This document shows positions 1 through 8,917 of a DNA stretch of 64,000 bases, one piece after another (position 1 is the stretch's first letter; each line of letters begins with the position of its first letter). The stretch spans positions 1-64,000 of the forward strand of contig JAGVFW010000004.1 in the NCBI GenBank assembly GCA_020057405.1. Reading direction: 5' to 3'. This DNA is from an archaeon. GTDB lineage: Archaea; Micrarchaeota; Micrarchaeia; Norongarragalinales; UBA97. The position numbers and the translations under genes were made by a program. The notes below the pieces were generated by a model. That model was not told the DNA's origin and did not search any database. It was given only the letters and a program-made list of their open reading frames with translations.

Positions 1-1244
1 ATGCCGGTTGGCGTGCGGACGGTGAAGTTGAGGTCGTAGACTTTCGCTACGCGGCCCTTCTCGATGAACACGATAGTGTCGATAACTTGCGGGATGACGC
101 CGAGGTCGACTTTGCCGAGGAAGCGCTGCACAGCGTCAATTGCCTTGGCCGCATGCACAACCCCAAGCATGCCGATGCCGGCCATGCGCAGGTCAGCGAA
201 CACACCAAAGTCAACGGGCTTGCGGATTTCGTCGTAGACGGTCTTGTCGGGCCGGACAAGCAAGAGGATGTCTGCCGTTTCCACAAAACTGCCCTCGAGG
301 GGACCGTATTGCGTGATGTGCTTGCCCACTTGCAGGTCGCGCGGCTGTTCAAGCGTCTTTACGACAGCGCCCTTGGCGGCGTAGTGCTCGGCTAGGGCGG
401 TGACGAACGTGCTCTTGCCGCTGCCAGGCGGGCCGGCGATGATAATTCCTTCTGCCTCGCCGTCAAAGCGCGCGCGCAGGCGCGGGGTGAGGGTGTACTG
501 GTCGAGCGTGAGCTTGACTAGGGGCTTGACAATCGTCGCCTCAGCGGCTTCGCTAAAGGGCGGCTTTGTAAAGACGAGACGGTAGTCGCCAACTTGCAGG
601 ACGGTTGCGCCTTCCTTGTCGATTTCGATAAAGCTGTTTGGCGCGCGCTTGCAGTACTCCACTGCCTCGCGGACTAGCGACTGGATTTCCTTTCGGGACA
701 AGTCCTTCTCGCCGATTTCCTTGACTTCAAACTCGCCGGGCATGCCCGCCTTGACTTTGGGCCTGCAGCCTTCCTTGAGATGCACGCTCATCGTGTTCTC
801 GTGGTGGCGGAAAAACTGCTCTAGCGAGAGTTTTGGCGCCTCGTGGACTGGCTCGAGATAAGTTACGTCAATGCCTTCGGCACTGGCGACTTCGCGCTGG
901 ACTTTATCGGTCGTTAAAAGCGTGCCGCCTGACTTTTTGGCAAGCTCGCGAATCATGGCGTCGATTTCGCCAAAGCGCGCGCGCTCGATTTCCTCGGTCT
1001 TGGGACGGACGCCCTCGAAGCTAATCTCAAGCTTGTCGCTTGATTTGGCCGCGTCAGAGAGCTTCTTTAGCTCCTGGAGGCCGGCGAACCCAGTTTCCCG
1101 GCCAACGTTGGCCTGGTACTCGAGTTCGGAGACGACTGCGTAGTGGACTACCACGCGAATTTTGGAAGCCGTTGCCTCCTTGTTGACCAGCTCGCTAATG
1201 CGGCCGTCAATGAGTACACCCGTATCGGGGACTAATACTTTCAT
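1..1244 (-). CDS. PIN-domain ATPase (PINA / PINc-VapC ATPase), 3' end outside window
   Basis: Translated by hand; not in the ORF track because it runs off the edge. Starts MKVLVPDTGVLIDG (PIN motif), then VVSELEYQAN, GEIDAMIRE, and Walker A GPPGSGKST. Confidence 0.88.
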   Translation of the reverse strand, partial: MKVLVPDTGVLIDGRISELVNKEATASKIRVVVHYAVVSELEYQANVGRETGFAGLQELKKLSDAAKSSDKLEISFEGVRPKTEEIERARFGEIDAMIRELAKKSGGTLLTTDKVQREVASAEGIDVTYLEPVHEAPKLSLEQFFRHHENTMSVHLKEGCRPKVKAGMPGEFEVKEIGEKDLSRKEIQSLVREAVEYCKRAPNSFIEIDKEGATVLQVGDYRLVFTKPPFSEAAEATIVKPLVKLTLDQYTLTPRLRARFDGEAEGIIIAGPPGSGKSTFVTALAEHYAAKGAVVKTLEQPRDLQVGKHITQYGPLEGSFVETADILLLVRPDKTVYDEIRKPVDFGVFADLRMAGIGMLGVVHAAKAIDAVQRFLGKVDLGVIPQVIDTIVFIEKGRVAKVYDLNFTVRTPTG

Positions 1245-1347
1245 TTTACATACACCTTGTTTTCACTATTAAGCCGGAGAATTTATGCGTATTCAATTTA
1301 ACTGAAAAAGCAGTCGATTGCATCACAACTTTACAGTAAGATAATGG

Positions 1348-1368
1348 AAAAGGGGGCTTTTAACCCCC
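1348..1368 (-). terminator. Putative hairpin/U-tract terminator downstream of the exported-protein block
   Basis: The minus strand reads GGGGG-TTAAAAG-CCCCC-TTTT, about 25 nt after the stop at 1394. Confidence 0.45.
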
Positions 1369-1393
1369 GCACTTGCTACGACAGTTGCCGAAG

Positions 1394-2569
1394 TTAGCAC
1401 TTGGTGATTTGCTGCGCCAAAGACGAGGAGGCTTTCACGCCGTAATCCGCTGCAAGTTGATTCAACAACTTTTGGCGAACTGAAGCCTTAAACCCGCCCG
1501 GATTAGAGAGGAACGTTCCGGTACCGAGAATATCCGTTGCTTTCACTAAATCAGGATATTTTTTGGCTACTGCCACTGCCGCATCCAAGTTTCGGAGGTT
1601 CGTATCCTCAGAGTCCGTTCCCACATAGAGCTGACTGGGAGTATTGACGCTGGCTGTAAAGACCGCCCTTGCAAGCTGGCCTGCAGCTGGACGATCAATC
1701 GCTATTTGCCCTGAAAAGAGGGCGTCAGGTATGCAAGTAGATTTCGAGCCGGCCCCATACCTTAAAACCTCGGCAACGAGTTGTGGCTGAATCGCGAGTA
1801 CGCCCCTAGCCCTCGTGCATGCTCCATATCTAGCTTCTCGGGTCGTCTTATCCAGTTGTTCGAAACTCAAGTACAAATCGCAGGGAATGGCCGCTCGTAC
1901 ATCGGCGTAGTGAATTTCTTTTGTCCGAGTAATAATTCCGTCAGCACAACCACCTATCTTCTTGCCTGATGCGTCTCGCGGACATTGTTTGAGCCAAATG
2001 TTTTTCGTTACCTTAAGCTCGTTTGCAGCCGCCTGTTTTTGATACTCTGCAAGCTGCTTTGCCTTCGCGGACTTGTCAAGAGCCGCTTGTTTAGCGCCAT
2101 TGGCAAGGTCAATCATGTCATACAGGGCACTAGTTGCACCGGGATGGCACGTGGTCCCGTCGAACTCCGCCCGGGTCTTTCCTTTCCCACCCTTGACATA
2201 AACCTGTTTTTGTGTAGCGCAAATGACCAAGTTCTGCGCTCTTAACTCCGTCGCGTGTTTCATGTTCGGATTCTTGCCAAGCAAGTATAGTGCAACGTCC
2301 TCGTTCTTGTAAATTCTAGCATAATAGGTGGGGTAATTGCTGGCCATCTGGATTGCAAGACCAGTGTTGGCGGCATCCCTACTGAAAAACTGGTTCAAAT
2401 GAGATAGGAAGGCGTCACCCGAGCTCGGGTAGAAGTTACCGTCAGTATAATACAAATAGCTCTTGGCTGGCTTGTAAGTCCAATCATCGTTTGCAGCGGA
2501 TACAAACATCGTGCTCGAAAGCACGAGCACGGCAGCCAGCAGAAAGATTTTGGAAGTGTTTATCATCAA
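1394..2569 (-). CDS. Exported hypothetical protein, paralog of 2585..3661
   Basis: 391-aa ORF with a signal peptide (IFLLAAVLVLSSTMFVSA) and blocks shared with the neighbouring gene. Confidence 0.75.
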   Translation of the reverse strand: MMINTSKIFLLAAVLVLSSTMFVSAANDDWTYKPAKSYLYYTDGNFYPSSGDAFLSHLNQFFSRDAANTGLAIQMASNYPTYYARIYKNEDVALYLLGKNPNMKHATELRAQNLVICATQKQVYVKGGKGKTRAEFDGTTCHPGATSALYDMIDLANGAKQAALDKSAKAKQLAEYQKQAAANELKVTKNIWLKQCPRDASGKKIGGCADGIITRTKEIHYADVRAAIPCDLYLSFEQLDKTTREARYGACTRARGVLAIQPQLVAEVLRYGAGSKSTCIPDALFSGQIAIDRPAAGQLARAVFTASVNTPSQLYVGTDSEDTNLRNLDAAVAVAKKYPDLVKATDILGTGTFLSNPGGFKASVRQKLLNQLAADYGVKASSSLAQQITKC

Positions 2570-2584
2570 TATCTCCTCCGTTAC

Positions 2585-3661
2585 TCACGCGTTCTTAGCA
2601 TAGCAGTTTTGAAGCGAGGCAAGCAATTCTGCTTTTCGACTACCAGCGATATACCCGATATTGGAAGACAGGGTTTTTTGCGCAGACGCAATCGCAGTCG
2701 GTCGGGAAAAGGCAGGATATGACTTAAGCTTGTTTACAACATCATTAAGCTGACCCGTTTTAACACCAGTCGACTCTGCAGCTCGGTTCACTTTTCCAAT
2801 TTGGTTCGGATATCCCGAAGTTTCCAATAATACCGCATCTATGACTCTTGCTAGGTTTACTGTACTAAGGCCCGCTAAATTTTCTACGACAACCGCGTTC
2901 ACGACGCAAGTGTTGTCACTGCCGAGCAGCACGGTTTTGGCAGCGGGTACGGTCGAGAGAAGTTTGTCGCGTTGCTTCTCGCATTCCAATTGCTTATCGG
3001 ATTTGGTTTGTCCGTCAGCGTACAACCCGCAGGGGATGTTATTAAAAATCATTTGCCGATAGTTGCTCACCCGCGAAGCCGTGTAGGTAACCCAATAATT
3101 GCGCATGCTGTTCAGGTGAACTTGCCTCTGCCGTGCCGCCTCATCGCGGTTCTTTTGAGCCGCTTGGGCAAGAGCAATCATGGTGTAAAAAGCGGCCGTG
3201 GGCTCTGGCTTGCACTTCCCTTTTTCCCAGCTTGCCTCGGTTTTGCCCTTACCGCCGACTATGATTTTTCCGGAATCAAGTTTTTCACAAATAACGAGGT
3301 TAAATGAGTTCAGTCCAACTTCCTCACCGGACAATGCCTTGTAACCGCTTGCCTTTGCGTCAGCAAGCATTCCGGCGGCAACGTCCGAGTTCTTATATAT
3401 CCGGAAATATTCATCGGGAACAAACGAGTGGAAGCCGGTTAAATGAAGCCGCAAGTATTTGTTTTGCGTGCCGTCTCCGTCCGGAACACTTTTGAAGAAG
3501 GCGTCCAGCTCGGATAAGAATTCCGGATTACCGGGACTGATTTCCTTTTCATTGTGAAGTATGGCACTCTCGGATTCCGCATAGGTGGGCGTATTTAGGG
3601 CCGAAACTGGACTCAAGAGTAGGAGCAGGGCGAACGAAATCAGTACAACAATTCCTTTCAT
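2585..3661 (-). CDS. Exported hypothetical protein, paralog of 1394..2569
   Basis: 358-aa ORF with a signal peptide (MKGIVVLISFALLLLLSPVSA); shares RIYKNxDVA, NLVIC, GGKGKT and IPCxLY motifs. Confidence 0.75.
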   Translation of the reverse strand: MKGIVVLISFALLLLLSPVSALNTPTYAESESAILHNEKEISPGNPEFLSELDAFFKSVPDGDGTQNKYLRLHLTGFHSFVPDEYFRIYKNSDVAAGMLADAKASGYKALSGEEVGLNSFNLVICEKLDSGKIIVGGKGKTEASWEKGKCKPEPTAAFYTMIALAQAAQKNRDEAARQRQVHLNSMRNYWVTYTASRVSNYRQMIFNNIPCGLYADGQTKSDKQLECEKQRDKLLSTVPAAKTVLLGSDNTCVVNAVVVENLAGLSTVNLARVIDAVLLETSGYPNQIGKVNRAAESTGVKTGQLNDVVNKLKSYPAFSRPTAIASAQKTLSSNIGYIAGSRKAELLASLQNCYAKNA

Positions 3662-3664
3662 GGG

Positions 3665-5209
3665 TTAAACCACCTCGTCAGGATTCCAAATGGAATCCGA
3701 CTCTATAGTTGAAACTTGTTCAAATACGACGTGTGCAGCGTTTTCGCTCGAAACAGTCGTGGCTGAATCCTGATTTTCCAGGCTAACTTGATCGGGTTTA
3801 ACTACGGTCAAACGGATAGTATCCGAGCTGCCTTCAAGATAAGAGTCGAGGTAGTCAATGCCGCCGTCAACTTTAGCAACCTCGGTCATAGACGCAAAGA
3901 AAGCAGCTCCAATCGATAGCATGTTGCTGTCGTCAAAATAGGCATCATCCAACGAAGCAGTTTCCGTTTCCTCGGGATCAAGCGAAAGTTCTTCTGAATC
4001 CAAGTATTCTGGAAGAACATCCAGGGTCGAGTCGGGCCTTATCTCGTAGATAGTCGTGCCCGAAGGCGCATTCGCTATTACTTCCTCGATAAGGGCCGTT
4101 TTGTCTTGCTCCGAAGCATGGCTTTGAAGCGAAACGGGGCGAACAGTCGGAGGTACGGGAACTAGCCTTATCGTCTTGGAAGTATAGTAATTAGGATTCT
4201 CATCGGAGTTTCCAGTAGCAAACAATAAATCGAGTTTGCCAACTAGACCAGCATCAGAATCAACTGAATCTAAAGCCAGGCCGGCTTTGTCGAAAGTAAT
4301 TGTAACGGCATCTCCCTCAAAAGAGAGCGTTGCGGCTTCCCCAAACTCACCCTGATTTGCAAATTTCGCATCAAGAACGGCCTTAGAGCCTACCAGTTTG
4401 AGCGTGTTTTCTGAAAGCAATTCATCGACAGTGAAGGTGAATTGCTCGTTGAAATCGCCGTCAGTTGGTGCTTCAATCAAAATTTCGTCTGCCAAAGATG
4501 CGCTCCCGCCCGTTGATTGAGGAACTGAGTTAAGCGCCGAAAGGGCAGCGTCGAGGTTTGTTTGGAAGTCAATTTGGCCGTTGGCATCCTTGCGGTTGAG
4601 GAGGCCGTCAATAGTGCGGAAAAGGTTGCGATCCTGCTTTGAGCCAAGTTCTGAAAGCGCTTTAAGCAAATCGGTTTTGCCATCCCAAGAGGAATCAAGC
4701 AGCAGAACTACCGTGCTCTTGTCGGACTTGGTTGGAAGCACGAGGGCATATTCATTGCCTTGGGACTTCGACACTTTGAACTTGATAATCGGGTCTTCTT
4801 GGACTACCTCAAAGTTCTGCTCGGACTGTATTTGCGAAGCAGAGGAAGCCAGTCCCTTGTCAACGAAGACAACCAGCACAGAACCGACGGGAACATTGTC
4901 CGAGAAAGAAATCGTCTCAAACTGCGAGGATGCGGTGCGGGTGACGGACTGGCGCACTTCAACGTTTAGGGCACCTAACGTGACTGGGGAAACGAAAGAT
5001 TCCTCACCCGTTGACTGCCCGTCAGCTGAAGCGGCGTCGGCTTGCTGAACGTATTTCGTGGGAAACGCGGTTGCAACAGGATTGCTAGCGCCAATCGAAA
5101 CTTCGGACGGCTTTAGAGAAGAAAAGTAAACAGAAACGCCAAGTAGCGCAATAAGCAGAACTAACCCTAACCACGCGGGAAAACGGCTTGAATCCATTTT
5201 GTTTTCCAT
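3665..5209 (-). CDS. Membrane-anchored acidic surface protein of unknown function
   Basis: 514 aa with one N-terminal TM helix; D/E/S-rich; ends 3 nt before the next gene. Confidence 0.7.
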   Translation of the reverse strand: MENKMDSSRFPAWLGLVLLIALLGVSVYFSSLKPSEVSIGASNPVATAFPTKYVQQADAASADGQSTGEESFVSPVTLGALNVEVRQSVTRTASSQFETISFSDNVPVGSVLVVFVDKGLASSASQIQSEQNFEVVQEDPIIKFKVSKSQGNEYALVLPTKSDKSTVVLLLDSSWDGKTDLLKALSELGSKQDRNLFRTIDGLLNRKDANGQIDFQTNLDAALSALNSVPQSTGGSASLADEILIEAPTDGDFNEQFTFTVDELLSENTLKLVGSKAVLDAKFANQGEFGEAATLSFEGDAVTITFDKAGLALDSVDSDAGLVGKLDLLFATGNSDENPNYYTSKTIRLVPVPPTVRPVSLQSHASEQDKTALIEEVIANAPSGTTIYEIRPDSTLDVLPEYLDSEELSLDPEETETASLDDAYFDDSNMLSIGAAFFASMTEVAKVDGGIDYLDSYLEGSSDTIRLTVVKPDQVSLENQDSATTVSSENAAHVVFEQVSTIESDSIWNPDEVV

Positions 5210-5331
5210 TTTCTTCGGGCACGATTACTTAAAAAAGTATGCACAATCCCTCCGAAAATCGGCTTAGACGATTGCCGATAACCTTTACGATAGTTTTTAA
5301 TGCTTGCGCGCTATGATGGTATTTGATACTA

Positions 5332-6036
5332 ATGGAACAGCTTAAAGTGAAGATTGCAGGCGAAATTTCGCTCTCCACCGACCCTGGCGCGGCGATGAAG
5401 AAGTGGCGCGAGGTCTTCAGCATCAGCCAAAGCGAGCTTGCAAAGCACCTCAAGATTACGCCAAGCACGGTTAGCGACTACGAGGGCAACAGGCGCAAGA
5501 GCCCCGGCATTGTCGTCATCAAGCGCTTTGTCGACGCCATCATCAACATCGACCTTACCCGCGGCGGCGAGCTCGTCAAGCGGTTCAATGAAGCCGAAGC
5601 GCCGCAGTCGTTTTTTGACGCAGTCAACTTCCCCAAGCCCATGAGCGGCGAGGATTTTGCCAAAATCATCAAGGCAAAGGCGGTTGCGGGCGAGGAAAAG
5701 CTTGCCGCAACGAGCCTGTACGGCGCGACCGTCATCGACAGCATCAAGGTCATACTAGAACTGCCTTACGAGAGCTTCATGAAAATCTATTCGACGACCA
5801 CGCAGCGCGCGCTCGTCTTTACCAACGTTAGCACGGGGCGCAGCCCGATGGTGGCAATCCGCGTCAGCCCAATCAAGCCCGCAGTCGTCGTGCTGCATGG
5901 CGTGAAGGCGGATAAAGTCGACAAGCTCGCAGTTCGCATTGCCGAGAGCGAAGGCATTCCGCTTCTTGCCACAAGCACGCCCATGGAAGAGATTCTCGCT
6001 GCGCTAAGGAATGGAAACGGCAAGGTAGAAGAGTAA
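5332..6036 (+). CDS. Archaeal XRE-HTH transcriptional regulator with DRTGG-like C-terminal domain (COG1709 type)
   Basis: IAGEISLSTDPG..MKKWRE..ISQSELA..PSTVSDYEGNRRKSPG; RALVFTNVSTGRSPMVAIRV. Confidence 0.85.
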   Translation: MEQLKVKIAGEISLSTDPGAAMKKWREVFSISQSELAKHLKITPSTVSDYEGNRRKSPGIVVIKRFVDAIINIDLTRGGELVKRFNEAEAPQSFFDAVNFPKPMSGEDFAKIIKAKAVAGEEKLAATSLYGATVIDSIKVILELPYESFMKIYSTTTQRALVFTNVSTGRSPMVAIRVSPIKPAVVVLHGVKADKVDKLAVRIAESEGIPLLATSTPMEEILAALRNGNGKVEE

Positions 6037-6145
6037 GCCAATACCTTAGCCCACTACGCTAGTAGAGCAAAATCAGAGCCCGGCACGCTACTCTCGGAAT
6101 GCTTTAAAGGCGGGTTTAGCATATTGTTATTTGGGTGAAATGCTA

Positions 6146-6358
6146 ATGACCAGAAAGTTTACAGTTATTATTGAACGCGACGAAGCAGGCTTTCTAGTTG
6201 CAGACGTCCCCGAGCTCGAGGGATGCCACACCCAGGGCAAGACTCTCGACGAGCTGATCAAGAACACCAGGGAAGTAATCGACTTGTGCCTGGAAGAGCA
6301 AGGCAAGTCCTACAAGCCTTCCCTCGAATTTGTCGGCGTGCAAACCATCGAGGTGTAA
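6146..6358 (+). CDS. hicB: HicB-family antitoxin (short form, no DNA-binding domain)
   Basis: FTVIIERDE.G.LVADVPELEGCHTQGKTLDE...NTREVI; GGTGA SD upstream. Confidence 0.9.
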   Translation: MTRKFTVIIERDEAGFLVADVPELEGCHTQGKTLDELIKNTREVIDLCLEEQGKSYKPSLEFVGVQTIEV

Positions 6359-6362
6359 GCAC

Positions 6363-6593
6363 TTGCCCAAACTCAGCCTGCTTTCTCCGCAAGAACTAAT
6401 TAAAATCCTCGAAAAACTCGGGTTCCAAAGGACGCGCCAGAAGGGAAGCCACCTCCGCTTCGCCCATCCAGACGGCCGGAAAACCACCGTACCCCTTCAT
6501 TCAGGAAGGGAAATCGGCCCCGGCTTGCTGAACAAGATAATCAAGAAAGACTTGCTCATAACTCGCGAAGAATTCGAGAAACTCCTCAAGTAA
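6363..6593 (+). CDS. hicA: HicA-family mRNA interferase toxin
   Basis: LIKILEKLGF..RQKGSH....HPDGR.TTVPLH; probable TTG start 4 nt after the hicB stop. Confidence 0.9.
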   Translation: MPKLSLLSPQELIKILEKLGFQRTRQKGSHLRFAHPDGRKTTVPLHSGREIGPGLLNKIIKKDLLITREEFEKLLK

Positions 6594-6675
6594 GAAAGTA
6601 ACCGCCTTTCTCAAAACCAGAGCTAATCGGCTATTTGTAGTTCCCGGCTCGTGGACACAGAGGCACGCCGAGAGC

Positions 6676-7905
6676 CTAAAGGGTCGGCGCGACTGCCCTA
6701 AAATCTTTCGTCAACTTTTTCTCAACAAGTTCCTTGGCTTTCCTAAAAGGCATTCCTTTGAGCGCAAGCTTTTCCGCACGCGCAGTATGCGTGGCTCTTT
6801 CACACAGCTGCGCCATTTTTTCAGCATCAGGCTTTGCCTTTGCAACTAAATCCGCCATCAGCACCGGCGCCTTCTCGCACTCGATAACGGCGTGCAGAAG
6901 CGATTTTTTCGTCCACTGCGAGTCCCTATTGTAGCCAGTGAAAGAAGACTTGCCCGCGTCAATTAGCTGAGTGAGGCAAGCGGCGGCGATTGAAGCCTTG
7001 GCTTTGGTGGCCTCAAGAAAGTCCGGGTTCTTCTTGTGCGGCATGATGCTGCTGCCAGTGCAGTATTCTTCCGGCAAGTGCACGAGCTCGAGGCCATCCA
7101 TCGAAAGCACAATCAGGCTCTCGGAAAGCTGGCTTAAGTGGTTCATTGCCTTTGCAAGGCAAAAACAAAAACTCGCTTCGGCCTCCCACCTCTGCTGCAC
7201 AACATCAAGGCTGTTGGAAAAGCTCTTTGCAAAACCAAGCGTCTTGGCAGTGGAGACAGGAGAAATTGGGAAGGAAGTGCCAAAGCCAGCGGCAGCGCCA
7301 AGTGGGCACTCATCGTAGAGTGCGACGAACACGTCGAACGATTTTGCGTCCCGCTCGAACGCAACAGCGTACGACTCAAGCCACTTACCCCAAGTGAAGG
7401 GCATTGCAATCCTGTGGTGCGAAAAACCCGGCATTGGCGTGCCTGAATGCTTTGAAGCCGTTTTTCGCAAGGCGCTTGCCAGGCCGGCTAGCGAAACGGC
7501 AAACTCTTTCGCCTTCGCTTTTAGAAACAGCCGCGTACTCGTTGAGACCAAATCGTTTCGGCTTCTTCCTGAATGCAACTTGAGGCCTGCGGGCGTTCGC
7601 TTGGTGACAAACGCCTCGACTGCGGAATGCGAATCCTCAAAACCGTCGAGGAGAAAAGCGTTTTTGGCAGCCAGTTTTGAAGCGGCCGCAAGGGCCTTCT
7701 TGAGCGACGCGAGCTCATGGCGTGAAATAATGCCCTGCTCCCAGAGCATTTGCGCGTGGGCGATGTTGACCTCAAGCTCATAAGGCAGCAAGAGCGAATC
7801 AAGGGCAGCAAACTCTTTTGTGTCCCAGCCTGCGCAGTAGGCAAGCACTTCACTCGAAGGCTTTTTCTTGAAGGCGGTTCCCCAAAGGTTGTTTTTCAAA
7901 GGCAA
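6676..7905 (-). CDS. argH: Argininosuccinate lyase
   Basis: LHSGRSRND and the fumarase/ASL signature GSSIMPHKKNPD; clustered with argF and argG. Confidence 0.9.
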   Translation of the reverse strand: MPLKNNLWGTAFKKKPSSEVLAYCAGWDTKEFAALDSLLLPYELEVNIAHAQMLWEQGIISRHELASLKKALAAASKLAAKNAFLLDGFEDSHSAVEAFVTKRTPAGLKLHSGRSRNDLVSTSTRLFLKAKAKEFAVSLAGLASALRKTASKHSGTPMPGFSHHRIAMPFTWGKWLESYAVAFERDAKSFDVFVALYDECPLGAAAGFGTSFPISPVSTAKTLGFAKSFSNSLDVVQQRWEAEASFCFCLAKAMNHLSQLSESLIVLSMDGLELVHLPEEYCTGSSIMPHKKNPDFLEATKAKASIAAACLTQLIDAGKSSFTGYNRDSQWTKKSLLHAVIECEKAPVLMADLVAKAKPDAEKMAQLCERATHTARAEKLALKGMPFRKAKELVEKKLTKDFRAVAPTL

Positions 7906-8010
7906 TCACGACTTTAGCGCGCTTACTATGGCGTAGAGAAGCGCCAGGAAAAGCGAGCCAGTCACTAGCAAGTTGCGAGCCTCGCGGGCATCGCTCCACT
8001 CCCCGTCCAT
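7906..8010 (-). CDS. Putative 34-aa single-TM microprotein (not in ORF track)
   Basis: MDGEWSDAREARNLLVTGSLFLALLYAIVSALKS*; GGAGG SD upstream; its stop abuts the argH TTG start. Confidence 0.45.
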   Translation of the reverse strand: MDGEWSDAREARNLLVTGSLFLALLYAIVSALKS

Positions 8011-8915
8011 GGCTTTTCGCCTCCTGCGATGAAGAGAAGCAGCGCTTTTTGCGAGTGAAGCCTGTTCTCCGCCTGCTGGAAAACCACGCTTGAGGGACCG
8101 TTGATTACCTCGCTTGCAACTTCCGCACCCTCAATGCACGGCAGGCAATGCATGAACACCGCACCCGGCACGGCCAGTTCCATCAACTCCTGCGTGACAG
8201 TAAAACCCTTGAACGCTTCGGCCCGCTTTTCGGATTCCGCCTCATCGCCCATGCTCACCCAAACATCAGTGTAGACCACGTCGGCGCCTGAAACGGCATC
8301 GGAGGGTGATTCGAACAACTCGAGTTTCCCGCCGTAGGACTTGCATTGGTTGACGATGGTTTCGGGAAGCCCGTAACCCCGAGGCGAGGCAACTCGCATT
8401 TCAAGCCCAAGCATGCACGCGCCAATGGCCAGCGACGCGCAGACGTTGTTGCCGTCGCCCACAAACGCGATTTTGGCGCTCGGGCCCGCAGTCTCAAGCA
8501 CGGTCTCTAGGTCGGCAAGCGCCTGGCACGGGTGCTCGATGTCGGAAAGCGCGTTTATCACAGGCACTGCCGAGTGCGCGGCAAACTCCTCAAGAAAAGA
8601 CTGGCTGAAAACCCGCGCTGCAACGAAGTCCGCGTACTTGGATACTACCTTGGCTGTGTGCGTCACGTTCTCATGGCCGCCCGAAAGGTGGCTTCCCGCC
8701 ATGTCTGCAAACGAACCGCCCAGCTGAGACACTGCAGCCTGAAGCGACAGCTTCGTGCGCGTGCTCGGCTTCTGCGAATAATACGCCAACATTTTCCCCG
8801 ACAGCGAGTGCGCAAAGGCCTGCGGGTTTTTCTTCACTGCAGCCGCCTTGTCAAGCACGAGGCGCAGCTCTGGCGGCGAGAGGTCGCCAATTTCAAGGAA
8901 ATTCCGGTAATGCAA
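7965..8915 (-). CDS. argF: Ornithine carbamoyltransferase
   Basis: STRT, HPCQ, DVWVSMG, HCLP and QAENRLH motifs. Confidence 0.93.
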   Translation of the reverse strand: MHYRNFLEIGDLSPPELRLVLDKAAAVKKNPQAFAHSLSGKMLAYYSQKPSTRTKLSLQAAVSQLGGSFADMAGSHLSGGHENVTHTAKVVSKYADFVAARVFSQSFLEEFAAHSAVPVINALSDIEHPCQALADLETVLETAGPSAKIAFVGDGNNVCASLAIGACMLGLEMRVASPRGYGLPETIVNQCKSYGGKLELFESPSDAVSGADVVYTDVWVSMGDEAESEKRAEAFKGFTVTQELMELAVPGAVFMHCLPCIEGAEVASEVINGPSSVVFQQAENRLHSQKALLLFIAGGEKPWTGSGAMPARLATC

Positions 8916-8917
8916 CT

